DNA from: an uncultured Verrucomicrobiota bacterium
GTDB taxonomy: Bacteria; Verrucomicrobiota; Verrucomicrobiia; Verrucomicrobiales; Akkermansiaceae
DNA: 64,000 nt
Assembly (NCBI GenBank): GCA_937867415.1
Contig: CALMKO010000055.1
Coordinates: 2,534 to 66,533, forward strand
Direction of reading: 5' to 3'
Shown: positions 11,717 through 24,044 of the stretch, piece by piece
Position numbering within the stretch: the first letter of the stretch is position 1
How the letters are laid out: each line of letters begins with the position of its first letter
Notes under the pieces: model-generated
Databases searched by the model: none
What the model saw: the letters and a program-made list of their open reading frames with translations, nothing else
What the model was told of the DNA's origin: nothing
Translations under genes and position numbers: made by a program

Positions 11717-12640
11717 GTGGACACACCAGAACCTAAAATCGCAAGGAAGCGTGGCAGGCAGCCGATGGGGCAGGAGCGGCGCGATGAATTTCTGCGACGG
11801 ATGTACGCAGGTGAGGATCCCATCTCCCTCGCGGAGAAGGTGGGAGTCACCAAAACCTTTTTGCAAAAGTTGGTGCGTGATCATCTGCGGGCTGCTGAAG
11901 AGCGGTCCGAGCCTGTCAGCGCACCTGATTGGTATCGCCGGGGGCGTAAAGGTTTCACCACCAAGGCGCAGCGCGAGGAAATCGCACGGCGCTCCATCGC
12001 GGGTGAGAGGACCGCCGCTTTGGCGGAAGAATTCAGTGTCACTCGTGCGTTTGTGAATCTTCTGAAGAACCAAACGCTTTATCCCAAGAAATTCGCCAAA
12101 AAAGCGTCGTTTATCAAAAAGCTCACACCTGCGGAGATCGAGAAATTCAAACGGGCACTCGCATCGTCCATCCCCACGGATCACAATCTCATCCCGCATT
12201 CCGATGATTGGTCAATCGATCACGGATACCAACTGGCGAAGAAGCTTTTCAAAAAATCTCCCAGCAAGCGCATCGTTGTCGAGTGTGTCAGCCCCTACCT
12301 GCGGGAGCGCCGTGCGAATTATTTTCCCCGCCCGATGCCCCCTAAAAAACCACATCCGAGTCAGATTCCTCCGGAATTGGCAAAGGATCCCGATTTCGTG
12401 GCCTACTACATGTCGCCCCTCGCCCAGCGCATCGCCCAGAAGGAATACGAGTTGGCCATCGCCGATTACGAAGCACGCTTCGCTACCGATGAGGAAAAGG
12501 CAGAAATCGCAGCGGAAAGAGCCGCCATGGCACCCAAGCCCGCTGCACTTCCCGCGCAGCCGCCCCGCAAGCCCCTCGGCAAGCACGCTCAGACCAAGGG
12601 CAGCCGATCTACCCCGCCGAAACGCAAAAAAAGGCGTTAA
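11717..12640 (+). CDS. Hypothetical protein with two tandem resolvase-type HTH units
   Basis: 307 aa, GTG start. Repeats KRGR...EFLRRMYAGEDPISLAEKVGVTKTFLQKLV and RRGR...EIARRSIAGERTAALAEEFSVTRAFVNLLK. Basic tail. Fills the gap between flanking + strand genes. Confidence 0.7.
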   Translation: MDTPEPKIARKRGRQPMGQERRDEFLRRMYAGEDPISLAEKVGVTKTFLQKLVRDHLRAAEERSEPVSAPDWYRRGRKGFTTKAQREEIARRSIAGERTAALAEEFSVTRAFVNLLKNQTLYPKKFAKKASFIKKLTPAEIEKFKRALASSIPTDHNLIPHSDDWSIDHGYQLAKKLFKKSPSKRIVVECVSPYLRERRANYFPRPMPPKKPHPSQIPPELAKDPDFVAYYMSPLAQRIAQKEYELAIADYEARFATDEEKAEIAAERAAMAPKPAALPAQPPRKPLGKHAQTKGSRSTPPKRKKRR

Positions 12641-12647
12641 AACTCCC

Positions 12648-12671
12648 ATCATCATATCCAGATATGATGAT
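12648..12671. promoter_or_regulatory. Perfect 11-2-11 palindrome ATCATCATATC-CA-GATATGATGAT (operator or weak terminator)
   Basis: Arms at 12648-12658 and 12661-12671, followed by TTGTTTCTT; 41 bp upstream of the metH N-half start. Confidence 0.5.
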
Positions 12672-12712
12672 TTGTTTCTTGATCTGCCCTGATTTTCCCT
12701 TAGGGTCGCGCC

Positions 12713-13807
12713 ATGCCACAGGCCGACCCCACCAAGGAACTTCAAGCTGCCCTCACCGAACGAATTTTCGTTCTTGATGGGGCCATGGGAACGACGATTC
12801 GTAGCTACGGGCTTCAGGAATCTGACGCCCGCGGCCGGCGTTTTGCGGAAAATGACAAGGACCTCCTCAACAACGGAGACATCCTCTCAATCACCCGCCC
12901 GGACATCATTTCGGACATTCACAAGCGCTTTTACGAGGCGGGATCGGATATTTGTGAAACCAACACCTTCTCGGCCACAGGCATCGCCCAGAGTGAGTTT
13001 TTTGTAGAAGATCCACGCGAAACAGGCGGTCGCAAGGACCCGGAGTTTTTCCAGAAAATCCTCGAGAACTCCTTTCTCAACGATCTCGCCTGGGAAATGA
13101 ACGTCGAGTCCTCACGCCTCTGCCGCAAGCAGGCGGATGACATCGGCACCGACACCGGTCGCAAGCGCTATGTCGCCGGAGCCATTGGGCCCTTGACGGT
13201 TTCGCTTACCAACTCGCCGGATGCCAATGACTCGGGCTTCCGCGTCGTGACCTTCGATCAAGTGCTGGCTGCCTACAAACATCAAGTCCGCGGCCTCATC
13301 GAAGGCGGCTGCGACATCCTCATGATCGAGACCATCTTCGACTCCCTCAACGCCAAGGCTGCCGCCGTCGCCGTGCAGGAGGTCTATGCGGAAGATGGTG
13401 TCCACCTCCCGGTCATCATTTCCGCTGCCGTCGGCCTCGGTGGCGAAACCATGATCTCCGCGCAAAAAGTGGAAGCGCTCTGGAATGCCTTCGCCCACGT
13501 CAAGCCGCTCGCCGTCGGGCTCAACTGCTCGCTCGGGCCGGACCTGATGAGGCCCCATCTCGAAGAACTCTCCGCCTGCGCCACCACCTGCATTTCCTGC
13601 TACCCGAATGCCGGCCTCCCGAATCCACTCGCCCCGACGGGCTTCGACCTGGAGCCCCGGCACATGCACGACCACATGGCGGAGTTCGCCAAGGCGGGCC
13701 TCCTCAATCTGGCAGGTGGCTGTTGTGGAAATACTCCGGAGCACGTCGCCGCCATTGCCAAAGCCGTCGCGAACTACGCTCCCCGCTCCATCCCGGTGAT
13801 CCAGTAA
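12713..13807 (+). CDS. metH: Methionine synthase N-terminal half (homocysteine S-methyltransferase domain)
   Basis: [30 protein letters not shown]; Zn ligands GLNC and GGCCG. Confidence 0.93.
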   Translation: MPQADPTKELQAALTERIFVLDGAMGTTIRSYGLQESDARGRRFAENDKDLLNNGDILSITRPDIISDIHKRFYEAGSDICETNTFSATGIAQSEFFVEDPRETGGRKDPEFFQKILENSFLNDLAWEMNVESSRLCRKQADDIGTDTGRKRYVAGAIGPLTVSLTNSPDANDSGFRVVTFDQVLAAYKHQVRGLIEGGCDILMIETIFDSLNAKAAAVAVQEVYAEDGVHLPVIISAAVGLGGETMISAQKVEALWNAFAHVKPLAVGLNCSLGPDLMRPHLEELSACATTCISCYPNAGLPNPLAPTGFDLEPRHMHDHMAEFAKAGLLNLAGGCCGNTPEHVAAIAKAVANYAPRSIPVIQ

Positions 13808-13814
13808 GACCAAC

Positions 13815-16577
<2,763 letters not shown>

Positions 16578-16790
16578 CGGAACATTCATAGGGCAATCAT
16601 CTGAGTCTTGGAGCGCGGAGTGAGGATTGTAGTTCGCTCCAGTAGCGCGCTATCGCCGAGAGCGCAGCCAATGGGCCACGAAAGAAAAGCTCACGTTCCG
16701 GCACTGCGCCCCCCGCTATCTCCCAACGTGAAAGTTTTTTCGTAGGAGCCACGGGCGTTTGCGGCTCATGGCGCATTTTTCGCTTGGTTG

Positions 16791-16840
16791 GAACAACCTG
16801 TGGTAGGATACTAGGGGTGTCAGATACAACATCTAGTATT
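16791..16840. promoter_or_regulatory. Candidate tandem NrdR boxes
   Basis: Core CAACATCTAG (16827-16836) fits CwAnATnTwG; weaker CAACCTGTGG at 16794-16803, 33 bp upstream. Directly 5' of an RNR gene. Confidence 0.55.
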
Positions 16841-16887
16841 TAGTATGTAATTCCAAACAAAAACAGCCATCGCTCGCCCCCTCGACC

Positions 16888-19800
16888 ATGAACCCGACCG
16901 CCACCATCGCCAAATCGTCAATCCGCTCAGCGCCCACCTCTACCCCCAGTCACTCGGGACTCGCCTTTGAGGCGTGTTTCGCGACTCCGGGAGTATCGCC
17001 ATTTGATGAAATCCAGTGGGATCATCGAACTGCGGAAATCAACGACGACGGTGGGAAGGCGCTTTTCCGGCAGGAGAATGTGGAGGTCCCCAAGTCCTGG
17101 AGCGAGCTTGCGACCAAGATCGCCGTTTCCAAATACTTTTACGGCGACGCCTCCTTGGGAACGGACCCGTATCAGGGGGGGCGTGAGCAGTCGGTCCGGC
17201 AACTCATCCATCGCGTCACCCGAACCATCACGGACTGGGGGATGGAGGATGGCTACTTCGCGGATCAGGCCAGCGCGGAGAATTTCTATCAGGATCTAAC
17301 ATGGATCTGTCTGCATCAATACGGTGCGTTCAATTCGCCCGTCTGGTTCAATGTCGGTCTCTATCATCAGTATGGCATCGGCAAGGGTGGTGGCGAAGGA
17401 AGTTGGCACTGGGATGATGAGGCTGGAAGAGCCCGCCGCGCCAGCAGCCAGTATGTCTATCCACAGGCTAGCGCCTGCTTTATCCAGGGGGTGAAGGACG
17501 AGATGGAGGATATCATGCGCCTAGCCACCTCGGAGGCCATGCTTTTCAAATACGGCTCAGGCACCGGCTCGGACCTGTCATCCCTCCGGTCGTCGCGTGA
17601 GAAGCTTTCCGGCGGGGGGCGCCCGTCCGGCCCCATGTCCTTCCTCCGCATTTACGACCAAGTGGCCAATGCGGTGAAATCGGGCGGCAAGACCCGGCGT
17701 GCGGCGAAGATGAACACGCTCAAGGATTGGCATCCAGACATCGAGGATTTCATCGAAGCGAAGACCATCGAGGAGAAGAAGGCATGGGCGCTCATCGAGC
17801 AGGGATACGACGGCAGCTACAACGGAGATGCCTATGGTTCGGTGATGTTCCAGAATGAAAACCTGTCGGTTAGAGCGAGTGATGAGTTCATGCGGGCTGC
17901 GATTGATGATCAGGACTGGTGGACGCGCCGGGTGACCGATGGCGAGCCGTGTGAAAAGAAAAGCGCCCGCGCTCTTCTCCGGAAAATCGCGCTCGGCACC
18001 TGGACCTGCGGGGATCCCGGGATGCAGTTCGACTCCACCATCCACACCTGGCACACCTGCAAGGGCAGCGGGCGGCAACACTCGACCAACCCGTGCTCCG
18101 AGTATCTTTTTCTCAATGACACCGCCTGCAATCTTGCTTCACTCAATCTGGTCCGCTTCCAACAGCAAGACGGCTCGTTCGATGTGGATCGTTTCAAGTC
18201 CGCCGTCCGGCTCTTCATCGTGGCGCAGGAAATCCTGGTGGATCGTGCGAGCTACCCCATCCAGTCGATCGCCGAGAATTCCCATGCCTTTCGCACGCTT
18301 GGACTCGGCTATGCGAATTTGGGCGCGCTGATCATGAACCGGGGGCTCGGTTATGACAGCGATGAGGGCCGCACTTATGCCGGAGCCATCACGGCGCTCA
18401 TGACGGGTCACGCCTATCAGGTGAGCAGCGAACTCGCCGCCGCCAAGGGGGCCTTTCCCTCGTATCATGATGCGCGCTACGGTGATGTGGCCACACCACC
18501 CGCGCCATCCAATGCCCCGGCCATGCTTGAGGTCATCGAGCGCCATCGCCAGTGCGCCCACAAGATCGAGGGCCGGGGCGATTGCGCACCGATCATCAAG
18601 GCCGCCCGCAAGGCGTGGGACCAGGCGCTGGAGAATGGCCGGGTCCATGGCTACCGGAACGCCCAGGTGACCGTGCTAGCGCCGACCGGCACCATCGGGT
18701 TTCTGATGGATTGCGACACCACCGGGATCGAGCCCGACATCGCGCTGGTGAAATACAAGTTGCTCGCAGGCGGAGGGATGCTCAAGATTGTGAACCGCAC
18801 GGTGCCGCCCGCGCTGATGCGGCTGGGCTATACTTCGGATGAAATCGCGGGTATCCTCATTCACATCGAGAAGTATGACACCATCGAAGACGTGATCGAT
18901 CCCGCATCGGGGAAAACGGTCCGCAGTGGATTGAAGCCGGAGCATCTGTTGGTTTTCGACTGCGCCTTCAAGCCGCATCTCGGCAGCCGCAGCCTGCATT
19001 ACCGCGGGCATCTCCGGATGATGGCCGCCGCCCAGCCATTTCTATCAGGTGCTATTTCCAAAACCGTCAACATGCCGGAAGATGCCAGCGTGGAGGATAT
19101 CATGCAGACGTATATCGAGGCATGGCAACTCGGGCTCAAGGCGGTGGCCATCTATCGGGACGGCTCGAAGCGCTCTGCACCGCTCAATACGAAAAAGACC
19201 ACCGGCATGGGTGGCGGGACGGACATGACTCCGGGTGCGGAGGAAGTGGCGGAACGCGTCGCCACGTTGATTCGTGAAAACGAGGATCTGCGCAGGAAAT
19301 CCGAGATTCGCACCCCCAAGGTCATGCCGGACACACGCATGTCCATCACCCATAAATTCGAGATCGCCGGCCACGAGGGCTACGTCACCGCCGGGCTCTA
19401 TCCTGACGGTCAGCCGGGCGAGGTTTTCGTGCAAATGTCCAAGGAAGGCAGCACCATCGGCGGACTCATGGACACCGTGGCCACTCTTACCTCGATGGCC
19501 TTGCAATACGGGGTTCCGTTAGAGAAGCTGGTGAGCAAGTTTGCCTATCAGCGCTTCGAGCCGAGCGGTTACACCTGCAATCCGAACATCCGCACGGCCT
19601 TTTCCATCACGGATTATGTGTTCCGATGGCTTGGCTGTGAATTCATCAAGGGTTACCGTGAGGCCACCGCGCCTGATAGTCACCAGGCCGAGTTGGGGAT
19701 GCCGGAAATCGAGGAGATGGAGAAACGTGCAGTCAATCGTCCGGTCACCGATCTCAGTCCGAAGGAGGATCCCGCGATCGACCGGCTTCCCAAGGTCGAC

Positions 19801-19929
19801 CGGGTCAAGGCGGCGCTCGGCACAGCCTACATGGGGATCACCTGTTCGAACTGTGGTTCGGACAAGGTCATCCGTGCCGGCGCTTGTGGGGTTTGCACGC
19901 AGTGTGGAACCAGTCAGGGATGCAGCTAA
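16888..19929 (+). CDS. nrdJ: Class II adenosylcobalamin-dependent ribonucleotide reductase with TSCPD domain and Zn ribbon
   Basis: FNSPVWFNVG, SACFI, active-site TNPCSE, APTGTIG, GAISKTVN; C-terminal CSNC..CGVCTQC. No intein seen. Confidence 0.96.
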   Translation: MNPTATIAKSSIRSAPTSTPSHSGLAFEACFATPGVSPFDEIQWDHRTAEINDDGGKALFRQENVEVPKSWSELATKIAVSKYFYGDASLGTDPYQGGREQSVRQLIHRVTRTITDWGMEDGYFADQASAENFYQDLTWICLHQYGAFNSPVWFNVGLYHQYGIGKGGGEGSWHWDDEAGRARRASSQYVYPQASACFIQGVKDEMEDIMRLATSEAMLFKYGSGTGSDLSSLRSSREKLSGGGRPSGPMSFLRIYDQVANAVKSGGKTRRAAKMNTLKDWHPDIEDFIEAKTIEEKKAWALIEQGYDGSYNGDAYGSVMFQNENLSVRASDEFMRAAIDDQDWWTRRVTDGEPCEKKSARALLRKIALGTWTCGDPGMQFDSTIHTWHTCKGSGRQHSTNPCSEYLFLNDTACNLASLNLVRFQQQDGSFDVDRFKSAVRLFIVAQEILVDRASYPIQSIAENSHAFRTLGLGYANLGALIMNRGLGYDSDEGRTYAGAITALMTGHAYQVSSELAAAKGAFPSYHDARYGDVATPPAPSNAPAMLEVIERHRQCAHKIEGRGDCAPIIKAARKAWDQALENGRVHGYRNAQVTVLAPTGTIGFLMDCDTTGIEPDIALVKYKLLAGGGMLKIVNRTVPPALMRLGYTSDEIAGILIHIEKYDTIEDVIDPASGKTVRSGLKPEHLLVFDCAFKPHLGSRSLHYRGHLRMMAAAQPFLSGAISKTVNMPEDASVEDIMQTYIEAWQLGLKAVAIYRDGSKRSAPLNTKKTTGMGGGTDMTPGAEEVAERVATLIRENEDLRRKSEIRTPKVMPDTRMSITHKFEIAGHEGYVTAGLYPDGQPGEVFVQMSKEGSTIGGLMDTVATLTSMALQYGVPLEKLVSKFAYQRFEPSGYTCNPNIRTAFSITDYVFRWLGCEFIKGYREATAPDSHQAELGMPEIEEMEKRAVNRPVTDLSPKEDPAIDRLPKVDRVKAALGTAYMGITCSNCGSDKVIRAGACGVCTQCGTSQGCS

Positions 19930-20330
19930 AGCGGGCAGCTTCGGTGGCGGTGGGAGCGCTGGGTCTGGTGGTGGCTGCGGTTTTCCTGCGCGAGACCGGC
20001 CCATCCGGCTTGGGATCATGGATGCGGTGCACGTTCCATGATTGGACCGGCTTGAGCTGTCCGGGCTGCGGCATGACTCGTGGGACCTATGCGGCTCTGC
20101 ACGGTCGGCTGGGCGAGGCATTTCGATACAACCCACTGGGCATGCTCCTGCTGCCGGTGCTTTGCATCGGCCTTACCGTCGAGACCTGGGGGTGGGTCCG
20201 AGGCAAGCCATTTGGGTCGCGCTTCAAGCCGGGCAAAACGGGGGTATGGATTCTTGGCGTGCTGGTCGTGGTCTTCTGGGTTTTGCGAAACATCCCCAAG
20301 TGGCCATTCACGCTGCTTGCACCACCTTGA
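19920..20330 (+). CDS. DUF2752-family small membrane protein
   Basis: CTFHDWTGLSCPGCGMTR...FRYNPLG and three TM segments. ATG 19920 overlaps the nrdJ end. Confidence 0.85.
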   Translation: MQLKRAASVAVGALGLVVAAVFLRETGPSGLGSWMRCTFHDWTGLSCPGCGMTRGTYAALHGRLGEAFRYNPLGMLLLPVLCIGLTVETWGWVRGKPFGSRFKPGKTGVWILGVLVVVFWVLRNIPKWPFTLLAPP

Positions 20331-20370
20331 TGAAGTGAGTCTTGCGGAGGACATCTTCCACGAGTATCCC

Positions 20371-21126
20371 ATGGCCATGCCTTTGCTTCTCGGAGTCAAC
20401 ATCGACCACATCGCCACCTTGCGCCAAGCCCGTTACGCCACCATGGAAACCGCGCCTCATGCGGAACCATGCCCGGTGGTGGCGGGTCATGACGCACTTG
20501 CGGGTGGTGCGGATTCCCTCACGATTCATGTCAGGGGCGACCGCCGCCACATGCAGGATGCGGATGCTTTCCGGATCCGAGCGGAAATCCCGACCCCGCT
20601 GAATTTTGAAATGGGCGTGACGGAGGAAATGCTGGGAATCGCCCTCAAGTTGAAACCGGATTTCGCCTGTTTAGTGCCTGAGACGCGCCAGGAAATCACG
20701 ACCGAGGGAGGTCTGGATGTGAAGGCGGGATTTGATAAAATCCGGATCACCGTGGCGCGCCTGCAAGATGCGGGAATCCAGGTCAGCCTCTTCATCGACC
20801 CCGATCTGGCACAGATCGACGCGGCTGCGGAATGTTGCGCGGATATGATCGAACTCCACACCGGTTGCTTCGCCAACGCTGCGGCGGGAGGGCAGGTCGC
20901 TGCGGAAGTCCAGCGCTTGATCACGGCGTCCCAAGCTGGCCACGCGGCCAAGCTGCAAGTCAATGCAGGTCACGGAATCAACTATACGAATATCCAACAA
21001 ATCCTCACCATCCCTCACCTGGCGGAGTTAAACATCGGTCATAGCATCATCGCCCGTTCCACCCGCATCGGACTGACGGCGGCGGTGCGGGAAATGAAGG
21101 AATTGATGTCCGCCTACTCCGCCTGA
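20371..21126 (+). CDS. pdxJ: Pyridoxine 5'-phosphate synthase
   Basis: LGVNIDHIATLRQAR, TIHVRGDRRH, CLVPETRQEITTEGG, NAGHG, ELNIGHSI. Confidence 0.96.
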   Translation: MAMPLLLGVNIDHIATLRQARYATMETAPHAEPCPVVAGHDALAGGADSLTIHVRGDRRHMQDADAFRIRAEIPTPLNFEMGVTEEMLGIALKLKPDFACLVPETRQEITTEGGLDVKAGFDKIRITVARLQDAGIQVSLFIDPDLAQIDAAAECCADMIELHTGCFANAAAGGQVAAEVQRLITASQAGHAAKLQVNAGHGINYTNIQQILTIPHLAELNIGHSIIARSTRIGLTAAVREMKELMSAYSA

Positions 21127-21128
21127 TC

Positions 21129-21527
21129 ATGCGCATTTTCGGGATAGGAATCGATGTGGTGGAAGTCGGGCGGATCGCCAGCGCCATCGAGCGCCATGGA
21201 GATTCGTTTTTGGGCAAGCTTTTCACCGCGAGCGAGCGTGCCTACTGTGACGGTCAGAAAAAGTCGGCACTTCATTACGCGGCGCGATTTGCGGCGAAGG
21301 AGGCGGTCTCCAAGGCACTTGGCACTGGCATCGGTGGGCAGGCCGGTTGGCTGGATCTTGAGGTCGCGCGCGATCCTGCGGGTGCGCCCAAGCTGGTTCT
21401 GCTCGGGGCAGCGGCGGAGTTTGCAAAGCGTCATGGCATCACGGAAATCCAGATCAGCCTGACTCACGCCCGCGATTATGCGGCGGCGAATGCCATCGCC
21501 ATTGTGGATGGTGGCGCACATCCATGA
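21129..21527 (+). CDS. acpS: Holo-[acyl-carrier-protein] synthase
   Basis: GIGIDVVEVGRI, AARFAAKEAVSKALGTG, ISLTH; conserved pdxJ-acpS adjacency. Confidence 0.96.
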   Translation: MRIFGIGIDVVEVGRIASAIERHGDSFLGKLFTASERAYCDGQKKSALHYAARFAAKEAVSKALGTGIGGQAGWLDLEVARDPAGAPKLVLLGAAAEFAKRHGITEIQISLTHARDYAAANAIAIVDGGAHP

Positions 21528-21561
21528 TTGAAGTTCAGCAGCCATCGTCCAGTCTTCACCC

Positions 21562-22560
21562 ATGAATCGTCCACGCCGCAATCGCCGTACGCCTGCCATC
21601 CGTTCCTTGGTGCGTGAAACCTCGCTGAGTCCGTCGGATTTGATCCTGCCGATGTTTTTCCATGAGGCAGCCGAGGATACGCCGATCGCGTCCATGCCTG
21701 GCGTCACCCGTTGGTCGCTTGCCAGCCTGGTCCGTGAGGCTGGGGAGGCGCACGCGCTGGGGATTCCGGCAATCGTGCTTTTCCCGAAGATCGACGAGTC
21801 CCTGAAAACTCCCGGCGCGGAGGAATCCTATGCCGACGAGGGGCTGGTTCCCCGGGCGATCCGCAGCATCAAGGCGGCCCATCCAGGGCTATGTGTCATC
21901 ACGGATGTGGCGCTGGACCCCTATAACTCCGACGGGCACGACGGCATCGTCCGGCGCGACGGGCGAGGGGACTTGGAGATTCTCAATGACGAGACCGTCG
22001 AGGTGCTGTGTCTGCAAGCCCTCTGCCATGCCCGTGCAGGGGCGGATATCGTCGCTCCATCCGACATGATGGATGGTCGGGTCGCGGCGATCCGAGAGGC
22101 TCTCGATGGTGAGGAATTCACCCAAGTCTCGATCCTTAGTTACACGGCCAAATATGCTTCCGCCTTCTATGGCCCCTTCCGTGGCGCTCTGGATTCAGCG
22201 CCGAAGGAAGGTGACAAGAAGACCTATCAGATGGACCCTGCCAACACCCGCGAGGCGATCCGGGAAACCTTGCTGGACGAAGCCGAGGGGGCTGACATGC
22301 TGATGGTGAAACCTGCCGGAATCTATCTGGACGTCATCGCCAAGGTGCGTGAAACGAGCACGCTTCCGATCGCCGCCTATCAGGTCAGCGGCGAATATCT
22401 CATGCTCAAGAGCGCTGCCGCAGGCGGCTGGCTCGACGAGCGGGCGATCGTGCTGGAGTCCCTGTTGGCGATCAAGCGTGCGGGAGCGGACATGATCCTC
22501 ACCTATTTTGCCAAACAAGCCTGCGGCTGGCTCAGTCCTGTGCGGGAACCAGGCGCATGA
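21562..22560 (+). CDS. hemB: Porphobilinogen synthase (delta-aminolevulinate dehydratase)
   Basis: RPRRNRR, DVALDPY..DGHDG (Asp-type rather than Cys/Zn site), APSDMMDGR, MVKPA, AYQVSGEY. Confidence 0.96.
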   Translation: MNRPRRNRRTPAIRSLVRETSLSPSDLILPMFFHEAAEDTPIASMPGVTRWSLASLVREAGEAHALGIPAIVLFPKIDESLKTPGAEESYADEGLVPRAIRSIKAAHPGLCVITDVALDPYNSDGHDGIVRRDGRGDLEILNDETVEVLCLQALCHARAGADIVAPSDMMDGRVAAIREALDGEEFTQVSILSYTAKYASAFYGPFRGALDSAPKEGDKKTYQMDPANTREAIRETLLDEAEGADMLMVKPAGIYLDVIAKVRETSTLPIAAYQVSGEYLMLKSAAAGGWLDERAIVLESLLAIKRAGADMILTYFAKQACGWLSPVREPGA

Positions 22561-23983
22561 TGCGGTCGGGGCCGTTGAGCACGACATAGATGAAGCCATC
22601 CGGTCCCATCGCGACGTCGCGGACGCGACCGACGTCTTTGAAGATGGTTTCCTGGGAGACCACGCTTTTGTTTTCGATCCGGACGCGGCGGATTTCCTTC
22701 TGGGCGAGCGCTCCGACGAGGAGATCGTTTTTCCACTTGGGAAACTTGTCGCCGGTATAGAAATCCAGACCGCACACCGCGATGGATGGCACCCAGGAGG
22801 TGACGGGTGGAGTCATGCCAGCTTTCTGAGTCACTGACATGACTTTTTGGCCATCCGGGCCGTTGTAGTCCATGGGCATCCCGTTGTAGTGCATTCCCAA
22901 AGTGACGACCGGCCAACCGTAATTGTGTGCGGGGAGGATGAGGTTGAGCTCGTCACCGCCGCGTGGTCCGTGCTCGGTGCTGTAGAGGGCTCCGTCGCGC
23001 GCATCCATGGCCAGCCCTTGGGGGTTGCGGTGGCCGTAGGACCAGATGCTTGGCATGGCATCCTTGGTTTTCACAAATGGATTGTCCCTAGGCACCCGGC
23101 CATCATCGTGAAGGCGGTGGATTTTTCCGTTAGGTCTTGATAGATCCTGGACTTCATACATACCGCCGCGCTCGCCGATGACGAAGTAGATATATCCCTT
23201 GTCGAAAACGAAGCGGGTCCCGAAGTGCACGCCCGCGCCGGATTGGAACTTGGGGTCGGCACGGAAGATCCATTCCTGGTTCACCCACCGATGATTTTTG
23301 ATTTTACCGCGGACGACGGCGGTGATGCAGCGGACCTCGTCCTTTCCCTGGTCATTTTTGGCGCGGGTGCCGTCTGATAGGCCGAGATAGACCCAGCCGT
23401 TTTTGGCATAGTCCGGATGCAGCGCGACTTCCATGAGTCCGCCCTGCCCGTGTTCGATGGTCTGGGGCGTGCCTTCGATGGCTTTCGGATCCAGTTTACC
23501 AGCGGCGGAGATGATCCGGAGTTTTCCGGATTTCTCGGTGACCAGTCTGCCACCGTCGGGGAGGAATGCGATGGCCCACGGGTCTTTGAGGCCGTTTTCC
23601 ACCACCATTTCGAGCCGGTAGTTTTCCAATTCCGTCTTGGTCTGCTGGTCGAGCGAAGGGCTGGGAAGGTTCTGGCCTTTGCTGAGGTTTTTCTTCTCCT
23701 GCTCGCGGAGAAAGATGACGAAGGCGCGGATTTGATCGGGCTTGAAGGTGTCTTCCCATGGGATCATCCCGAGCGGGATATTGCCCTTGGCGATCGATCG
23801 GTAGATCTCCTCATCCGAGCTGCCGTGATTCCATACACCATCGACCAGGGACCCCCCGACGCCGCCCTCGAAGTTGGCACCGTGACAACCGGCGCAGTTT
23901 TTATGATAGAGTTCTTCGATCTTGGCATTCTGGGCCGGGGCGAATGACGCGAGGGCGAGGGTTATTAGAAAGGTGACTTTCAT
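22532..23983 (-). CDS. PQQ-dependent sugar dehydrogenase (GSDH beta-propeller) with N-terminal cytochrome c domain
   Basis: Signal peptide; heme motif CAGCH; PWAIAFLPDG, GQGGLMEVALHPDY, WSYGHRNPQG, EHGPRGGDELN, GRVRDV. Confidence 0.9.
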   Translation of the reverse strand: MKVTFLITLALASFAPAQNAKIEELYHKNCAGCHGANFEGGVGGSLVDGVWNHGSSDEEIYRSIAKGNIPLGMIPWEDTFKPDQIRAFVIFLREQEKKNLSKGQNLPSPSLDQQTKTELENYRLEMVVENGLKDPWAIAFLPDGGRLVTEKSGKLRIISAAGKLDPKAIEGTPQTIEHGQGGLMEVALHPDYAKNGWVYLGLSDGTRAKNDQGKDEVRCITAVVRGKIKNHRWVNQEWIFRADPKFQSGAGVHFGTRFVFDKGYIYFVIGERGGMYEVQDLSRPNGKIHRLHDDGRVPRDNPFVKTKDAMPSIWSYGHRNPQGLAMDARDGALYSTEHGPRGGDELNLILPAHNYGWPVVTLGMHYNGMPMDYNGPDGQKVMSVTQKAGMTPPVTSWVPSIAVCGLDFYTGDKFPKWKNDLLVGALAQKEIRRVRIENKSVVSQETIFKDVGRVRDVAMGPDGFIYVVLNGPDRIMRLVPAQD

Positions 23984-24044
23984 GGAAGAGAGTTTCAGTC
24001 TGGCGGCATAAAACGCAATCCCGGACTGTCATGGATCAAAAACT

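Noticed and set aside
11717-12640. Intact IS630 or resolvase mobile element
   Set aside because: No DDE or catalytic Ser domain, no terminal inverted repeats or target duplication seen; kept only as a possible domesticated derivative.
16690-16720. Possible cobalamin riboswitch fragment (TCCGGCACTGCGCCCCCCGC) between metH and nrdJ
   Set aside because: Lacks the upstream AGGGAA..CCGG, the GCAACTGT, and the downstream GGGAAG and AGCCAG elements.
16826-16853. dif-like site near the nrdJ promoter
   Set aside because: Only about 6 of 11 matches to the XerD arm and no XerC arm; better explained as an NrdR box or promoter.
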